From the NCBI GenBank assembly GCA_036785375.1, contig JAWMAR010001626.1:62001-126000 (forward strand): a DNA stretch of 64,000 nucleotides. Reading direction: 5' to 3'. How positions within the stretch are numbered: the first letter of the stretch is position 1; every line of letters begins with the position of its first letter. The notes under the pieces were generated by a model. That model had not been told where the DNA came from and searched no databases. It worked only from the letters and a program-made list of their open reading frames with translations. Below, one piece after another: positions 49,999 through 61,580 of this stretch. Made by a program: the position numbers and the translations under genes. Source of the DNA: Leucoraja ocellata (taxonomy: Eukaryota).

Positions 49999-50591
49999 CT
50001 AAGTTCAACTACATGAGAATTCAAACGTAAATTACTAGTTATGCATAGTAATGATCTCATTTACATGAAATGACAACAACATATGTCAGAAATGCTCCGC
50101 AATCTATCAATGTGGTTAATGATGGCACCTAAGATAATTTTTTTGCAGCATCTCTAATTAAAAGGAAAGAAGAAGTATTGAAGCAGAGAAGTATTGTCAT
50201 GAGGATTATAGACATCATGAAGATGTTTGGCAAACAAGCACTTCCTTTTCGAGGTCACAGAAATGAATCGGCCTACCCTCTAGATAATGAGGTTCTGAAT
50301 CAAGGCAATTTTTTAGCTACAGTGCAGTTGATGGCAAAATATGACCCCATTATGGCAGCTCACGTTTCTGCAGTGCAAAACTAGTCTAAACAAAGAATCA
50401 AATGATTAGAGCAACAAGGAAAGGCTCAAAGTAAAGGCCGTGGTGGACTTGTTACATACCTGAGTAAAACTACTATAAGCATGTTAATCAAAATTATGAA
50501 GAATATGATACAAGAAAGAATTAGTCATGAAGTTTCTCAAGCACAATATTATTCTATTGGTTGATTCAACACAAGATAAAATGCATCCATC

Positions 50592-53500
50592 GATTGATAC
50601 AAATACATCGATAGATGCTCCTGAACACATCATCCGTGATGTAACCTGGGGTCATTGGGTGTTTCAGGTCTTTCAACATCAGACACCCTCACCCAGGCGA
50701 CCCAGCCGTGGTTGATCAGACCACGACTTGTGTTCAGGTGGCATTCGCTCCTCCCCATTGTCTTCCTCTCCTGATCCAGAGCCATTTCGAGGCCTTCTCC
50801 GCTGCCTCTGTGGTGTTCTTGATGGCCCTTCTCCTTGCCACTACGTTTATGCCCAATGCACTCAAGGCTTTGTAGAGCGATTGCCCTGCAAAACCTCTGC
50901 AGCCAACCTCGATGGGCATACACCTTGCCTTCCAGCCCTGCTTGCGGCAGTCTATGACCAGTTCTTCATATTTGGCCATCTTCCTCTCGTGGGCCTACTC
51001 CAGACGGTCCTCCCACGGCACTGTCAGGTCCAACAAGACGATGTTTTTGGTCGCCTCTGAGACCAGGAGGATATCTGGCCTCAGGGTGGTCGTGGCAATG
51101 TGCTGTGGGAACTTCAGCTGTTTCACCAGGTCTACGGAAAGCTGCCAGTCCTGCGCAGTCGCCAGGATTCCTGACGGATTCCTGGCTGCTGTGGTTTTTG
51201 GCCGCTGCACTCCGGCCTTCACGAAGGTGATCATCTGGGTGGTGGGGCATTATCGTCTGCAGCTGCTGATTCCCATGCTGATGGCTTCTGCAATGGGTTT
51301 GAGAACCTGGTCGTGACACCATGTGTACCGGCCCTGCCCAAGAGCCTTTGGGCAACAGCTCGGGATTTGTTCCAACGTCCTCTTGCCTGAGCATTGCGTG
51401 CAATCTGGAGATTTCCACTTTGCCCCAGATGAAGAGGTTCGATGGGCTGGGCAGGACATCATACACTGCCTGGACCAGGAACTTGATGCGCTGTGCTTCA
51501 GCCTGCCAGAGCTCAGTCCATGTGACTTTTCGGTCCATGGCCTGCTCCCACCTTGTCCAGGCTCCTTGCTGCCTCAATCCAACTGCTCTGGTACACCTCT
51601 CCTTCTCCACCACTGCCCTCAATTCCTCCTGGACCAGCCTGCGCCTCTCCTTCCCCTTGGCCTTGTCAAACTGGGGAGATGGGAAGATTCCCAGGCCTGC
51701 TCTTCCACCAGTCACTGTTCCCACCAGGACTCTGTGGCGTATCCGGGACTCTGCTTGCAGCACGGCTTCACCGGCTCTCCACTTCCTCCCAGTTTTCACC
51801 TCCACCCCTGCTTGAGCCACCTTGGGGTCGCTGGAGTCCCTGTACAGCATCACCTCTCTGGCCCGAGTCACCTTGAACTCCTCCTCCAGGGACGTCAGGG
51901 GCAGCTGGAGCTTGGTGTTATTTCCGTAAAGGGCGATGGTGCTAAGGCTCCTGGGCAGTCCCAGCCACCTTCTGAGAAAGCTGCTGACTTTCCTCTCCAA
52001 TCTCTCTACAATGGATATTGGGACTTCGTAGACAAGCAGTGGCCAGAGTATCCTTGGCAGGATACCATGCTGGTAAATCCATGCCTTGAACTTGCCGGGA
52101 AGCCCCGACTGGTCCACTGCTCTCAACCAGCTCTCCAGCTCCTGACAGGTTGCCTGGACAGATGCTGTATCCTTCAGGCTGCTGTTAAACACCTTGCCAA
52201 GACTCTTCACGGGCCTTTCGGAGACAGTTGGGATTGGTGTCCCTTCGATGTTGAAGCGGAACCTGTCCATGACTTTGCCCTTCTTCAGCACCAGTGACCT
52301 TGATTTTCCTGGCTTAAACCTCATCCTTGCCCATCCAATCAGTTTCTCCAACCCCTGCAGGATCCACCTGCCTCCTGGCACTGACAGTGGTCGGCCATGA
52401 AGGCTCTGATTGATGGTTGGCGCATTCCTGACTTGGTCCGAGGGCTCCGGCACTCTGTCTCAGCAGACTTGACGATCATGTTCATCGCCAAGGCAACAAG
52501 GATCACAGAGATGGTACAGCCTGTGATGATCCCAACCTCCAGTGTGTGCCACTCTGATGTTACTGACCCTGGTGAGACTCTCATGCTGAACTGGTTGTAA
52601 TAGTCCAGGATGAGATCTGCCACTTGGCACGGCACATGATGCTTGGCCATGACTGTCTGGATCAGCTTGTGCGGGATGGAGCCGTAGGCGTTGGCCAGGT
52701 CAAGCCAGAACACTGTCGGGTCACCCTTGTTCTCCCTGGCTTCTCTGATGAGCTGGGACACCACTCCCATGTGCTCTAGACACCCCGGCACTCCAGATAA
52801 GCCTCCCTTTTGCACTGAGCTGTATGCTGAAGAAAATCTTGCCTTCAACACTTAGCAAGGAGATGATTCTGAACTGATCGATCTTTTAGGAATCTTCCTC
52901 CTTTGGGATCCAGACTCCTTCAGCGAATCGCCACTGCTGCGCCACTTTTCCTCTCCTCCAGATGTCTTTCAGGATCTTCCACAGCCGTTTCATTAACAAG
53001 GGGCAGTTCTTGTAGACCCTGTAGGGGACTCCGCTCGGGCCATGGGCTGAGCCAGCTCTTGCTCTCTTCACAACGTCCTGGACCTCTTTCAGGAGTGGCT
53101 CTCTACTATCAAACTCCTTGATGGGTGGAGGTGGTTTTATCAGGATGTTGCACTGGCCCAGCTCCTGCTGCCTGATGGGGTCACTTTAGGTCATCTGGAT
53201 GTGCCGGTCGATCTCCTCCTTAGGGCAAGCCAAACTCCCACTGCGCTTCTGCCCAAGTAGTTGTTTGGTGAAGCCGAAGGGCTTGGCTATGAAGGATGCT
53301 CCTCGCTTCCTGGCTCTTTCCTTCCGGTGTCTTCGGTGCCACTCAGCCCTACGGAGGGTCATCAGCTTCTTCCTCAGGATGGTTCACAGCTCAGCCAAGG
53401 GGGGACGTTGCTCTTCCCTGGCCTCTTCATACTGCTTCTTGAGAGACTTCATCTCCTGCCGGATCTTGTGGATCTTCGTTGCTCGTTGGTTCATGGTGAA

Positions 53501-54250
53501 AGGTGTTCAGGACGGCTTCTTCTCCACTTCTCCAAACCTTTCCACAGCTAGGCTGATGATGATTGTCGTCATCGACCGCAGCCTTTGGTCCACGTCTCCC
53601 TTCGCAGTCGCTTCCAGCACCTTGTCGACGTCCTCGTCGAACTGATGCCAGACTGCCGTCTTGCAGGCCTGAGGCCATCTGACTCGAACCTTCTCCGGAG
53701 AACTGTTCTGAGGGACTAGTTGCGCCACTTGGAGGCTTCGGGCTCTATGGGGTGATTCCGGGCCTGGCTCCTCCTGCGTCTCACCAGGTAAAATACCTGT
53801 GCGTTGTGACACTCCCTGTCCATCCAAACACTTCATCCGGGTCTGGTGAATCTTCAGGCCTCGGCTGATCTTGCAAACCTTACCACATCTGCATTTGATA
53901 CTCATAGTCGGTTGTCCATTGCCATTAGTCGTGAACCTTTGATCCATCCAATAGAGGTGCTCATCCTCCCCCCCCCCCCCCCCCCCCCCCCCCCTTTTCG
54001 GGCACCCTGGGGTATTTTTCCATGTGTTTTTCTGTAGCGTGATTTGGGTCTCCTCCTCTCAGAGGATGCGGTTTGGGCTGCCAACCCGCCCCACCCCGGT
54101 TACCGTCTTTCCTAGCTGTCCACTGTCTCTCCAGTCGTCACCACCCTATTCTTGGTTTCAACCAGTCTATTCCTGGTTGCCACTGGTTTCACCAGCACAG
54201 TGATTGATACAAATATATCAATAGATGCTCCTGAACACATCATCAGTGAT
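50592..54250 (-). mobile_element. Near full-length HERO-like (RLE-type) non-LTR retrotransposon nested in the hAT transposase
   Basis: N-terminal Zn finger CRCGKVCK..GLKIH, RT WLDLANAYGSIPH/GIITGCTIS, CCHC region, RLE RPDILL..LTVPWE..KY..EVGCRGF; frameshifted. Clade name from recalled similarity. Confidence 0.8.
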
Positions 54251-57014
54251 CAGTAGCATTATTATTCAGTATGTGCTTAAAGGTATTATCTGTGAGCGAC
54301 TACCTTCAGTTGTGCCAAGTAATGATGGTACAGGACAGGGACTTTTTGATCTATTGATTGAAACATTACAGCATCTTAAAATCGCCCCCCAAAAATGTTT
54401 ATCCGATAGCACAAATGGCGCTGCAAGCTACCATGGCCAGTATAATGGATTACAAAGTAAAATTGCTGATGTGGCTGATCAACATGTTCATATATGGTGC
54501 TATGCCCATGTCTTGAATTTGGTGATAACTGAAACAACAAAATGTTGTGTGCCTGCAGTTTCTTATTTCAATTTGCTCCAGAATATAGCAACTTTTATGA
54601 AAGCATCATACAAGAGAATGGCTGTATGGATAGAAGTTGGTGGAAAACATCTAGGACAAGAAAAAATTAAACGATTAAAGCTAATTGGTGAGACCAGATG
54701 GTCAGGAAAATCCAATGCAGCAACAACTATATTTGGACGTTTTGATGATGCCGCTGCCAGTACTTTCGTAAATCTATTGACATGCTTATCAATGATACAA
54801 GATTCAGAAAAGTTTGATGCAAAAACAAAACATGAAGCAAATGTTTTACTTCAAAGTCTTCTAAAGTTTGAAACCATATTGACTGCATTTACTTGTATAT
54901 ATTTGAAACTACAACCCTGTTGTCAAGTTATCTACAGACATGTGGTTTAGATATTTTTACAGCATGGAGTTTGCTAGATTCAGCTACAACAAACTTGAAG
55001 GAACAGACAAGAACATTTGATAAAGTTCACTGCAAGGCTTTGGAATTTGTAAATAAGTGTAATGACAGGATTTCACAGATGAATATGGATGAAAATCACA
55101 CATTGGAAATTGATGCATTGGAAACAGCATTGCCAGTTAAGAGGCAGAGGAAGAAGAAAAGAATGGCAGATGAGCTTATTGATGATGAAAGAAATTCCTC
55201 AGATTCTCTCGCTGATTTTGGGGTAAATGTGTTTAACCCAATAATGGATCGCATTGTCCAGTCACTAGAATCACGCTTTGTACAACACAAACAGTTGCAT
55301 AAAGATTTGTCCTGCTTGGACCCAGCAAAGTTTAAAACTATTGCAGAGAAGGGCCTTGAAGATGAAGCATTGGAAGGTATTATTAAGCTGTTTCCACAAA
55401 TCAGCAAAGATCAAGTAATATTGGAATTGTTTTCTTTTGCTTGAAACTTTGATGTATTAAAGCTATTGCTTAATGATGGTGAAAATATGGATTCGAGTTG
55501 CAACAATTGTAAAATTTGCAGCACTTGCCCATCGGTGTTCTAAAAATTCTGGCATCCATAACAAGGCATATGATAACCTTTATGAACTTTATAAAGTCAT
55601 CTGCACACTATCAGTTACTCAATCCAATGTGAGAGGACATTTTCAAACCTAAAGATCATAAAGACAAGGTTAAGAAATTCGCTGTCTGAGGAGAATTTTG
55701 AATCATACATGTTGCTATCCATTGAAAAGGAATTGTTAGATGAATTAGATGCAGAAGCAATTATTGGCAGATTCGCACAATCATCAGCGAACACAAACGA
55801 TTGCTCTTAATATAGTGGACCATGCAATGCTCTATTGTGCTTTTGAACTATGTTAATGTGTAAATTGTGCAGTAAACTATTTAAAAATATCAACCAATTA
55901 CTTAATGTAAAAAAGTAAATAAAGAATTCAATTATAACATTCTGTATTTACATTTGGTATCGACTGCCAGTAATATGTACAGTACATGTACACTGTAATT
56001 ACTAATACACATTTTTTCCACAAACATTTTAATTGTACCCTTTTTTCCATATGTATTTTTTGAAAATGTTATTTCTTCGTTATGAAAATTAAATGATAGC
56101 ATTGTAGTTGTGGGTGGGCCCCCTTTGTCTCCTGACAACCAATATTTTTAGACCCCGTCCGCCACTGTGTGGCTGAGTGAGTTTGCTGACGACACCAAGT
56201 GTGGAGGAGTTGCAGACAGTGAGTAAGCTGTCGGAAGATACGTTGGGATGAAAATCAGATGCAGAAATGGGCGGAGAAATGGCAGACGGAGTTTAATCCG
56301 AGCAAGTGTGAGGTGCGCACTTTGGGAGGATGAAGGCACAAGGAGAGAGTGTAGAGTTAATGGCAAGACCATTAACAGCATTGATTTTTTTTAGTTTACT
56401 TTAGAGAAACAGCGCAGAAACTTTGCAGCACACACTGGGGACAATTTACATTTATACTAAGCCAATTAACCAACAAACTGTACCTCTTTGGAGTGTGGGA
56501 GGAAACATAAGATCTCGGGGAAACACACACACGTACAAACTCCGTACAGAAAAGCACCTATAGTCGGGATTGAACCTGGGTCTCTGGCGCTGTTAGGCAA
56601 GATGCTGGTGATCTCGGGCTTGTCCCAACATCTTATTCCTGTGATCTTCAAAGGAGGAGTTGTGGCGACCTCAGGCTTCTTTCTGCAGTCCACCTTTGCC
56701 ATAAGCAGTGCTGGCAATGCAGATTTATTCCTGGCAGCTCAACCTTTGGGCTTGAAGAAGTGATGATTGCAGTCTCTCGATTATCCTGTCGGGCAGTCTA
56801 TGCCTGTGTGTATGTGTGTGGGTACAGTCCGTCGTTGTCTGTGGGCCAGAAGAATCACTGGCACCTCAGGCTTGCCAAGGCCACTCTATAAGCCTGAGGT
56901 TGAAGCCTTGTATAGGCTTCTTTCCAGCAGTCCAGACCTGACCATTGCAGGTGGTCTCGGGTTTGGCCTAGTGGCTCAGTCTTCCTTGAACCTGTGACAG
57001 GGGGATCGCAAGGA

Positions 57015-57300
57015 CGGCATGGTGGCACAGCGGTAGAGTTGCTGCCTTACAACGCCAGGGACCCAAGTTAGATTCTGCCTATGGGTGCTGTCTGTATTGT
57101 GTTGACACGTTCTCCCTGTGACCGTGTGTGTTTTCTCCGGGTGCTCTGGTTTCCTCCCATATTCAATAGACAGACAGGTTTACAGATTAATTGGCCACTG
57201 TAAATTGTCCCTAGTGTGTAGGATAGAACTAATGTAAAGGTGATCGCTGGTCGGCGGGGACGGTTCCTGTTTCCACATTGTATCTGTGATTAAACTAAAA
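57015..57300 (+). mobile_element. HE1/V-SINE-like SINE
   Basis: tRNA-like head, GGTTTCCTCCCA core, LINE-like tail. Confidence 0.8.
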
Positions 57301-58490
57301 CGAAAACTCTGACTTCTTTCTGGTCCTCTCTCGGTCTGTCCAGCGGGCGAGAATGCATATGTTCCCGCCAGGGGCGGTGAGGAGGGAGAACTGTGCTTTG
57401 GTAGAGGTGGTGAGGAGGGAATGCTGCATTGTATTAGGGAGAGTGAGGAGGGAGAGCTACACTGTGGGTGGAGGGGGTGAAGGAGTTCCGTGTTGCGGAA
57501 GGGATGATGAGGAAGCGCTGTTCTGTGAGAGGAATAGGAGGTGCAACTCCAGAGCCAACAATATCATGAGCGACCCCTTCCACCCCTGCAACGGACTGTT
57601 CCAGCTGCTACGTTCAGGCAAATGCCTCCGTTGCCATGCGGTCAGAACGGAGAGGTTGAGAAGGAGTTTCTTCCCAGAGGCCATTCGGACTGTAAACGCC
57701 TATCTCACCAGGAACTAACTCTACTGAACATTTTTCCTTCCATTATATATTATGTAAAAGAATATGTGTGTTATGATTGTGTTTATAGTTTGTTTGGTTG
57801 TTTGTCTTTTGCACAAAAGTCCACGAGCATTGCCACTTTAATTTCACTGCACATCTAGCATGTGTATGTGACAAATAAACTTGACTTGACTTGTTCACTC
57901 CTTACCCTGTCTCACCATCCCTCAGTCCCTCCTGACTTCCCCTCAAACCCTCGTCCATCACAACTCAGACCCTCCTACCCTCTGTCCCTCACAACAGTCC
58001 CTCCTCACAGAGTCCCGACTCGAAACGTGGCCTATCCATGTCCTCCACAAATGCTGCCTGACCCACTGAATTACTCCAGTGCTGTGTTGATTTGTAATCC
58101 TGCATCAGCAGTTCCTTGCGTCTCGCCCCCATTTCCTGACATTGACCTCGCTCTCCCTTCCGCCCACACTCACCGGGGTCCCACACACACACACACGGTT
58201 TCCTCGCCTATCGTGGGAACCTCACAGTGGATGGAGGAGCAGGGTCCACGTCACAAGCGCATCGTACACAGACTGGGGAAACCGCTTGCATGAGCCGCGT
58301 GTGCATCAATGCAGCGTTGCTGAGGGTGAAGCCGGCCGGCCTCAGACACATTCTCAAAGTAAACCAGTGGAGTGAAATGGAAGGACCTGGTCTCAGAAAG
58401 CATTTAGATATCATGTAGGAGAAAAAAACTCATATCAGCATGCATCATTAAAAAAAAGCAAATAAAAGGGAAGTAATATTTTCCACAAAC

Positions 58491-58614
58491 CCCAATGACA
58501 AGCACGGCTTCATAATTCTGCTTCATGTTCTTATAACGGACCTTCACCCAGTCACTTATTTCTTCAAACTTTTCCATGGAAAAATAGCCAGCAATGTCTT
58601 TGAACGTCAACATC
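58491..58614 (-). CDS. PRDM9/SSX-type (ancestral) KRAB-domain exon, apparently orphan
   Basis: tttgtttttccag acceptor, gtttgt donor, 124 nt; MLTFKDIAGYFSMEKFEEISDWVKVRYKNMKQNYEAVLVIG fits the FxDIxxYFxxEEW..DWEKxRYxNxKxNY..IG pattern; no SET or ZF array seen downstream. Confidence 0.8.
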
Positions 58615-59589
58615 CTGGAAAAACAAACATTGTACTTTGGTGCATAATCTGAAATAATCAGATATTAATTCCAAAACTGATTTTAAAATATCATTTGTTT
58701 ATTAAATACAGGACAATTCCAGTATAAAGTGTCAACAGCTTAAAATAAAGGGTAACTTCTTCAGGATAGAAATTAGATATTTCTTCGCTCAGAATATAGT
58801 GAGTTGTTTTCTAGGGTTGAAATAAATCAGTTGTTAATTGCATTCCACTAAGATCAAAATATTACTGATTCCAAGAAGTAATAAACCGTATGACAGTAAG
58901 AGAGGAAACTGCATTTAGGGTACAGGTCAGGCCTGATCTGCCGGAAAGGTCCAGACCCTAAATGTTGCCTGTCAAGATTCAAGATTGCAGCTTCCAGCCA
59001 ACAGACATCAGTGTCCATATTTCTGGTAATCAATACAGTGAATATCATGGGCTTCCCCCTCACTGAAACACCCAGGGGCTGCTGCAAAACTACTATTGTA
59101 AAAAATAAGTTGTCGGAGATAAAATAGGAGATAATCAGCAAGCCAGGCAGCATCTGTGGAGGTAGAAATTGAGTGAATGTGTCAGGTTGATATTCTTTCC
59201 TCACAGCTGGGGAAAGTTGTCAGATAGAGAAAGACATCTAGGGGGATGGGGGAGATGATCTGAATGGCCTCCCGGTTCAATATTAATGTCAGTGATCCAC
59301 TCCAGAGCCCAGGGAACTCATCCACTCCTCACTGACACCAGTTCCTGGGATTGTGATGGTCTAAGAAGGAGCAGCAGCATTTTCCCCATTCCCAGGCCCC
59401 TGAGAGGATATTTATCCGGCACCTTAGAAACATAGAAAATAGGTGCAGGAGGCCATTCGGCCCTTCGAGCCAACACCGCCATTCATTGTGATCATGGCTG
59501 GTCATCCACTATTGCCGCTGAAGGTAGGTTTTGTAACATCGCTACCTTATCTACTCTGGACAGGAAGAGGAGGGAGTGAAGCATTGAAG

Positions 59590-60191
59590 GAGAAAATGGA
59601 GTTGGATTGGACACACCCTCAGGAAACCTGCCACAAACATCACCCGGCAAGCCCTGAAATGGAACCTCCAAGGAAAAATCAGAATCAGAATCAGAATCAA
59701 TTTAATTGTCATTTGGACCCCTGGAGGTCCAAACGAAATGCCGTTTCTGCAGCCATACATTACACACAAATAGACCCCAGACACAACATAATTACATTTA
59801 ACATAAACATCCATCACATCGCTGTGATGGAAGGCCAAATAAACGTCTCTCTCCACTGCACTCTCCCCCCCCCCCCCCCCGATGTCAGAGTCAAAGTCAT
59901 AGCCCCCGGCTGGCGATGGCGATTGTCCCGCGGCCATTAAAGCCACGCCGGGTGGTGCGAGGTCGCACACCGGGTCTTGGTGTTGGAGCCCCCGGTGTGC
60001 GCTCGCAGAGTCCGCGGCCATTCCAGCCGCGCGGGTCAGCGATGTCAGGCCCAGCTCCAGGAGCTCTTCGACCCCGCAACTCGGGCGGGAGAAGTCGCCG
60101 CCGCAGAAGCCCCGAAAAGCGGTCTCCCCCCAGGGAGCCGTGGGCTCCCGGCGCCGTCGTCCACAGACCTGTAGAGAGCCTCCGACTCTCC

Positions 60192-60229
<38 letters not shown>

Positions 60230-60520
60230 CAACAGCATCAGCAGCAGCAGCGCTCCTCCACCGCTCCGGACTCGGCCAGCTCCACGACGGCAACGGTGAG
60301 TCGACACCTGAGTCCCCGGTCTCTTCCTGTTGGAGGCCGCTCCTCGTTGCGGCCTCAACGACGACTGAGACCCGACGAGAAAAGGTCGCCCCAGGAACAG
60401 ACAAATGTCTGAGAGTGGGCTCAACTGGGGAGATCTCGAAAGAACTACCAACAACCGAGTGAGGTGGAGGAAACTTGTCAATGGCCGATGCTCCCTAGAG
60501 GAGCAAAGGGCTTAAGAACT
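59590..60520 (+). mobile_element. RTE-clade LINE 3' fragment interrupted by a GC-rich, (CAG)n-containing insertion (~59678-60378, minus)
   Basis: [26 protein letters not shown] / GRPRN..NRVRWRKLV; the insert has a (GATTCT)n tail and a CAG run at ~60193-60251. Confidence 0.65.
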
Positions 60521-60965
60521 AAACCCCTCAACCACCTCGACCAAACGTCACTTCAACTAAACCTCACATCAGCTAAATTTCACACCTCGCTAAATCTTGC
60601 TTTGATTAAACCCCTAGCTTCAACTAAACCTCACATCGACTAAACCTCACACCTCGCCACCAAACTACTCCTCACACCTAAACCTCGCTACATCTAAACT
60701 CCTCGCCTCGAACCTCACCTCGACTAAACCTCGCCCCAGATAAACCTCACCTCGACTAAACCTCACCCCTCGCTGAAACTTTCCTCACTAAACATCACCC
60801 AACTAAACACACCTCACTATTATATTTCACCTCACACCTAAACCAACTAAACTTGACCTCACTAACCCTAATCCCTCACAACTAAACTTCACCTCAACTA
60901 CACTTCTCCTGAACTAAACCTAAACCTCGCCTCAGCTAAACCTCTCACCTCACTAAATTCCACCT
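60520..60965. repeat. Degenerate ~15-bp tandem repeat (ACTAAACCTCACCTC-like)
   Basis: Recurrent CTAAACCTC motif, strongly G-poor on the + strand. Confidence 0.85.
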
Positions 60966-60974
60966 CCCGCCTAA

Positions 60975-61580
60975 TCGCCGTCTCTCTCTCTCTCTCTCTC
61001 CCGCCCTCTATACATTTACAGCCCCGCCCCCTCCCCACCCCCGGCCGTTGGCGACGACTCACGTGAGCTGAGCGGCTCCAACCAGAGCGCGGGTCACGTG
61101 GGCAGCTCGAGCCCTCGGCGGGAAAAGGCGTCAAAAGACGTCCCGAGTCTCTCGCCATCCTCGCTTTGGCTGACGTTGACGGAGGGCGGGGCTCTCCATG
61201 AACGTCAACGCGCCTGCGCCCCCCCCCCCCCGGGTTGTCTCGGACCGTGCGCCGAGGCCTCGAGCTGTCCACGTCATGGACTCCAGCGGCAGATGCTGCA
61301 GTGGAGCGACTCCTGCAGTAATGCAGCCGCCCTGCAGTGGAGCAACTCCTGCAGTAATGCAGCCGCCCTGCAGTGGAGCAACTCGTGCAGTAATGCAGCC
61401 GCCCTGCAATGGAGCAGCTCCCTGCACTGCAGTTGCTATTACAATGGAGCTGCTGCTGTTGCAGTGTGATGAAGCTTCTCCAGTGGAGCATCTCCCGCAG
61501 CAGCAGGAACAGTTCAAGCCTCCACCATCTCCTCAGGCAGCGTGCCCCAGATTGCATCCACCCTCTGGGTGAGTTTAATC
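60975..61580. promoter_or_regulatory. CpG island, probable bidirectional promoter
   Basis: High CpG density; E-boxes TCACGTG (61059, 61094), CRE half-sites TGACGT/ACGTCA (61171, 61202, 61271), GC boxes; GTGAGT donors face outward on both strands (61062 minus, 61569 plus). Confidence 0.75.
61276..61568 (+). other. Putative first exon of an unidentified + strand transcript with a 36-bp x3 repeat
   Basis: gtcATGg Kozak; MDSSGRCCSGATPAVMQPP(CSGATPAVMQPP)...; GG|GTGAGT donor; product not recognised. Confidence 0.35.

Larger units (their letters stand above)
47063..56167 (+). mobile_element. Decayed hAT DNA transposon (ZMYM1/DUF4371-like transposase) with nested retroelements
   Basis: TIRs CAGTGGCGGA/TCCGCCACTG with subterminal GTGGGCCCC; transposase pieces LPFRGH..NQGNFL, DSTQD, CYAHVLNLVI, TRWS, CERTFS.LKIIKTRLR; many stops; no matching TSD seen. 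Confidence 0.85.

Noticed and set aside
50650-50695. Hammerhead in the HERO-like 3' UTR (CTGATG...GAAAC on the minus strand)
   Set aside because: CTGATGT does not fit CUGANGA, and the flanks pair as a simple hairpin (GGGTGT/ACACCC).
50178-55810. Domesticated ZMYM1-like gene
   Set aside because: Multiple stops and frameshifts, nested retroelements and retained TIRs indicate a dead hAT transposon.
58491-58614. Calling this the functional PRDM9 gene
   Set aside because: No SSXRD, PR/SET or C2H2 array is visible downstream in the window, and the exon phases differ from what I recall for PRDM9.
59897-60481. PolyQ/polyS/polyL ORFs as a gene
   Set aside because: (CAG)n tract inside a GC-rich insertion that splits an RTE fragment; no splice or domain support.
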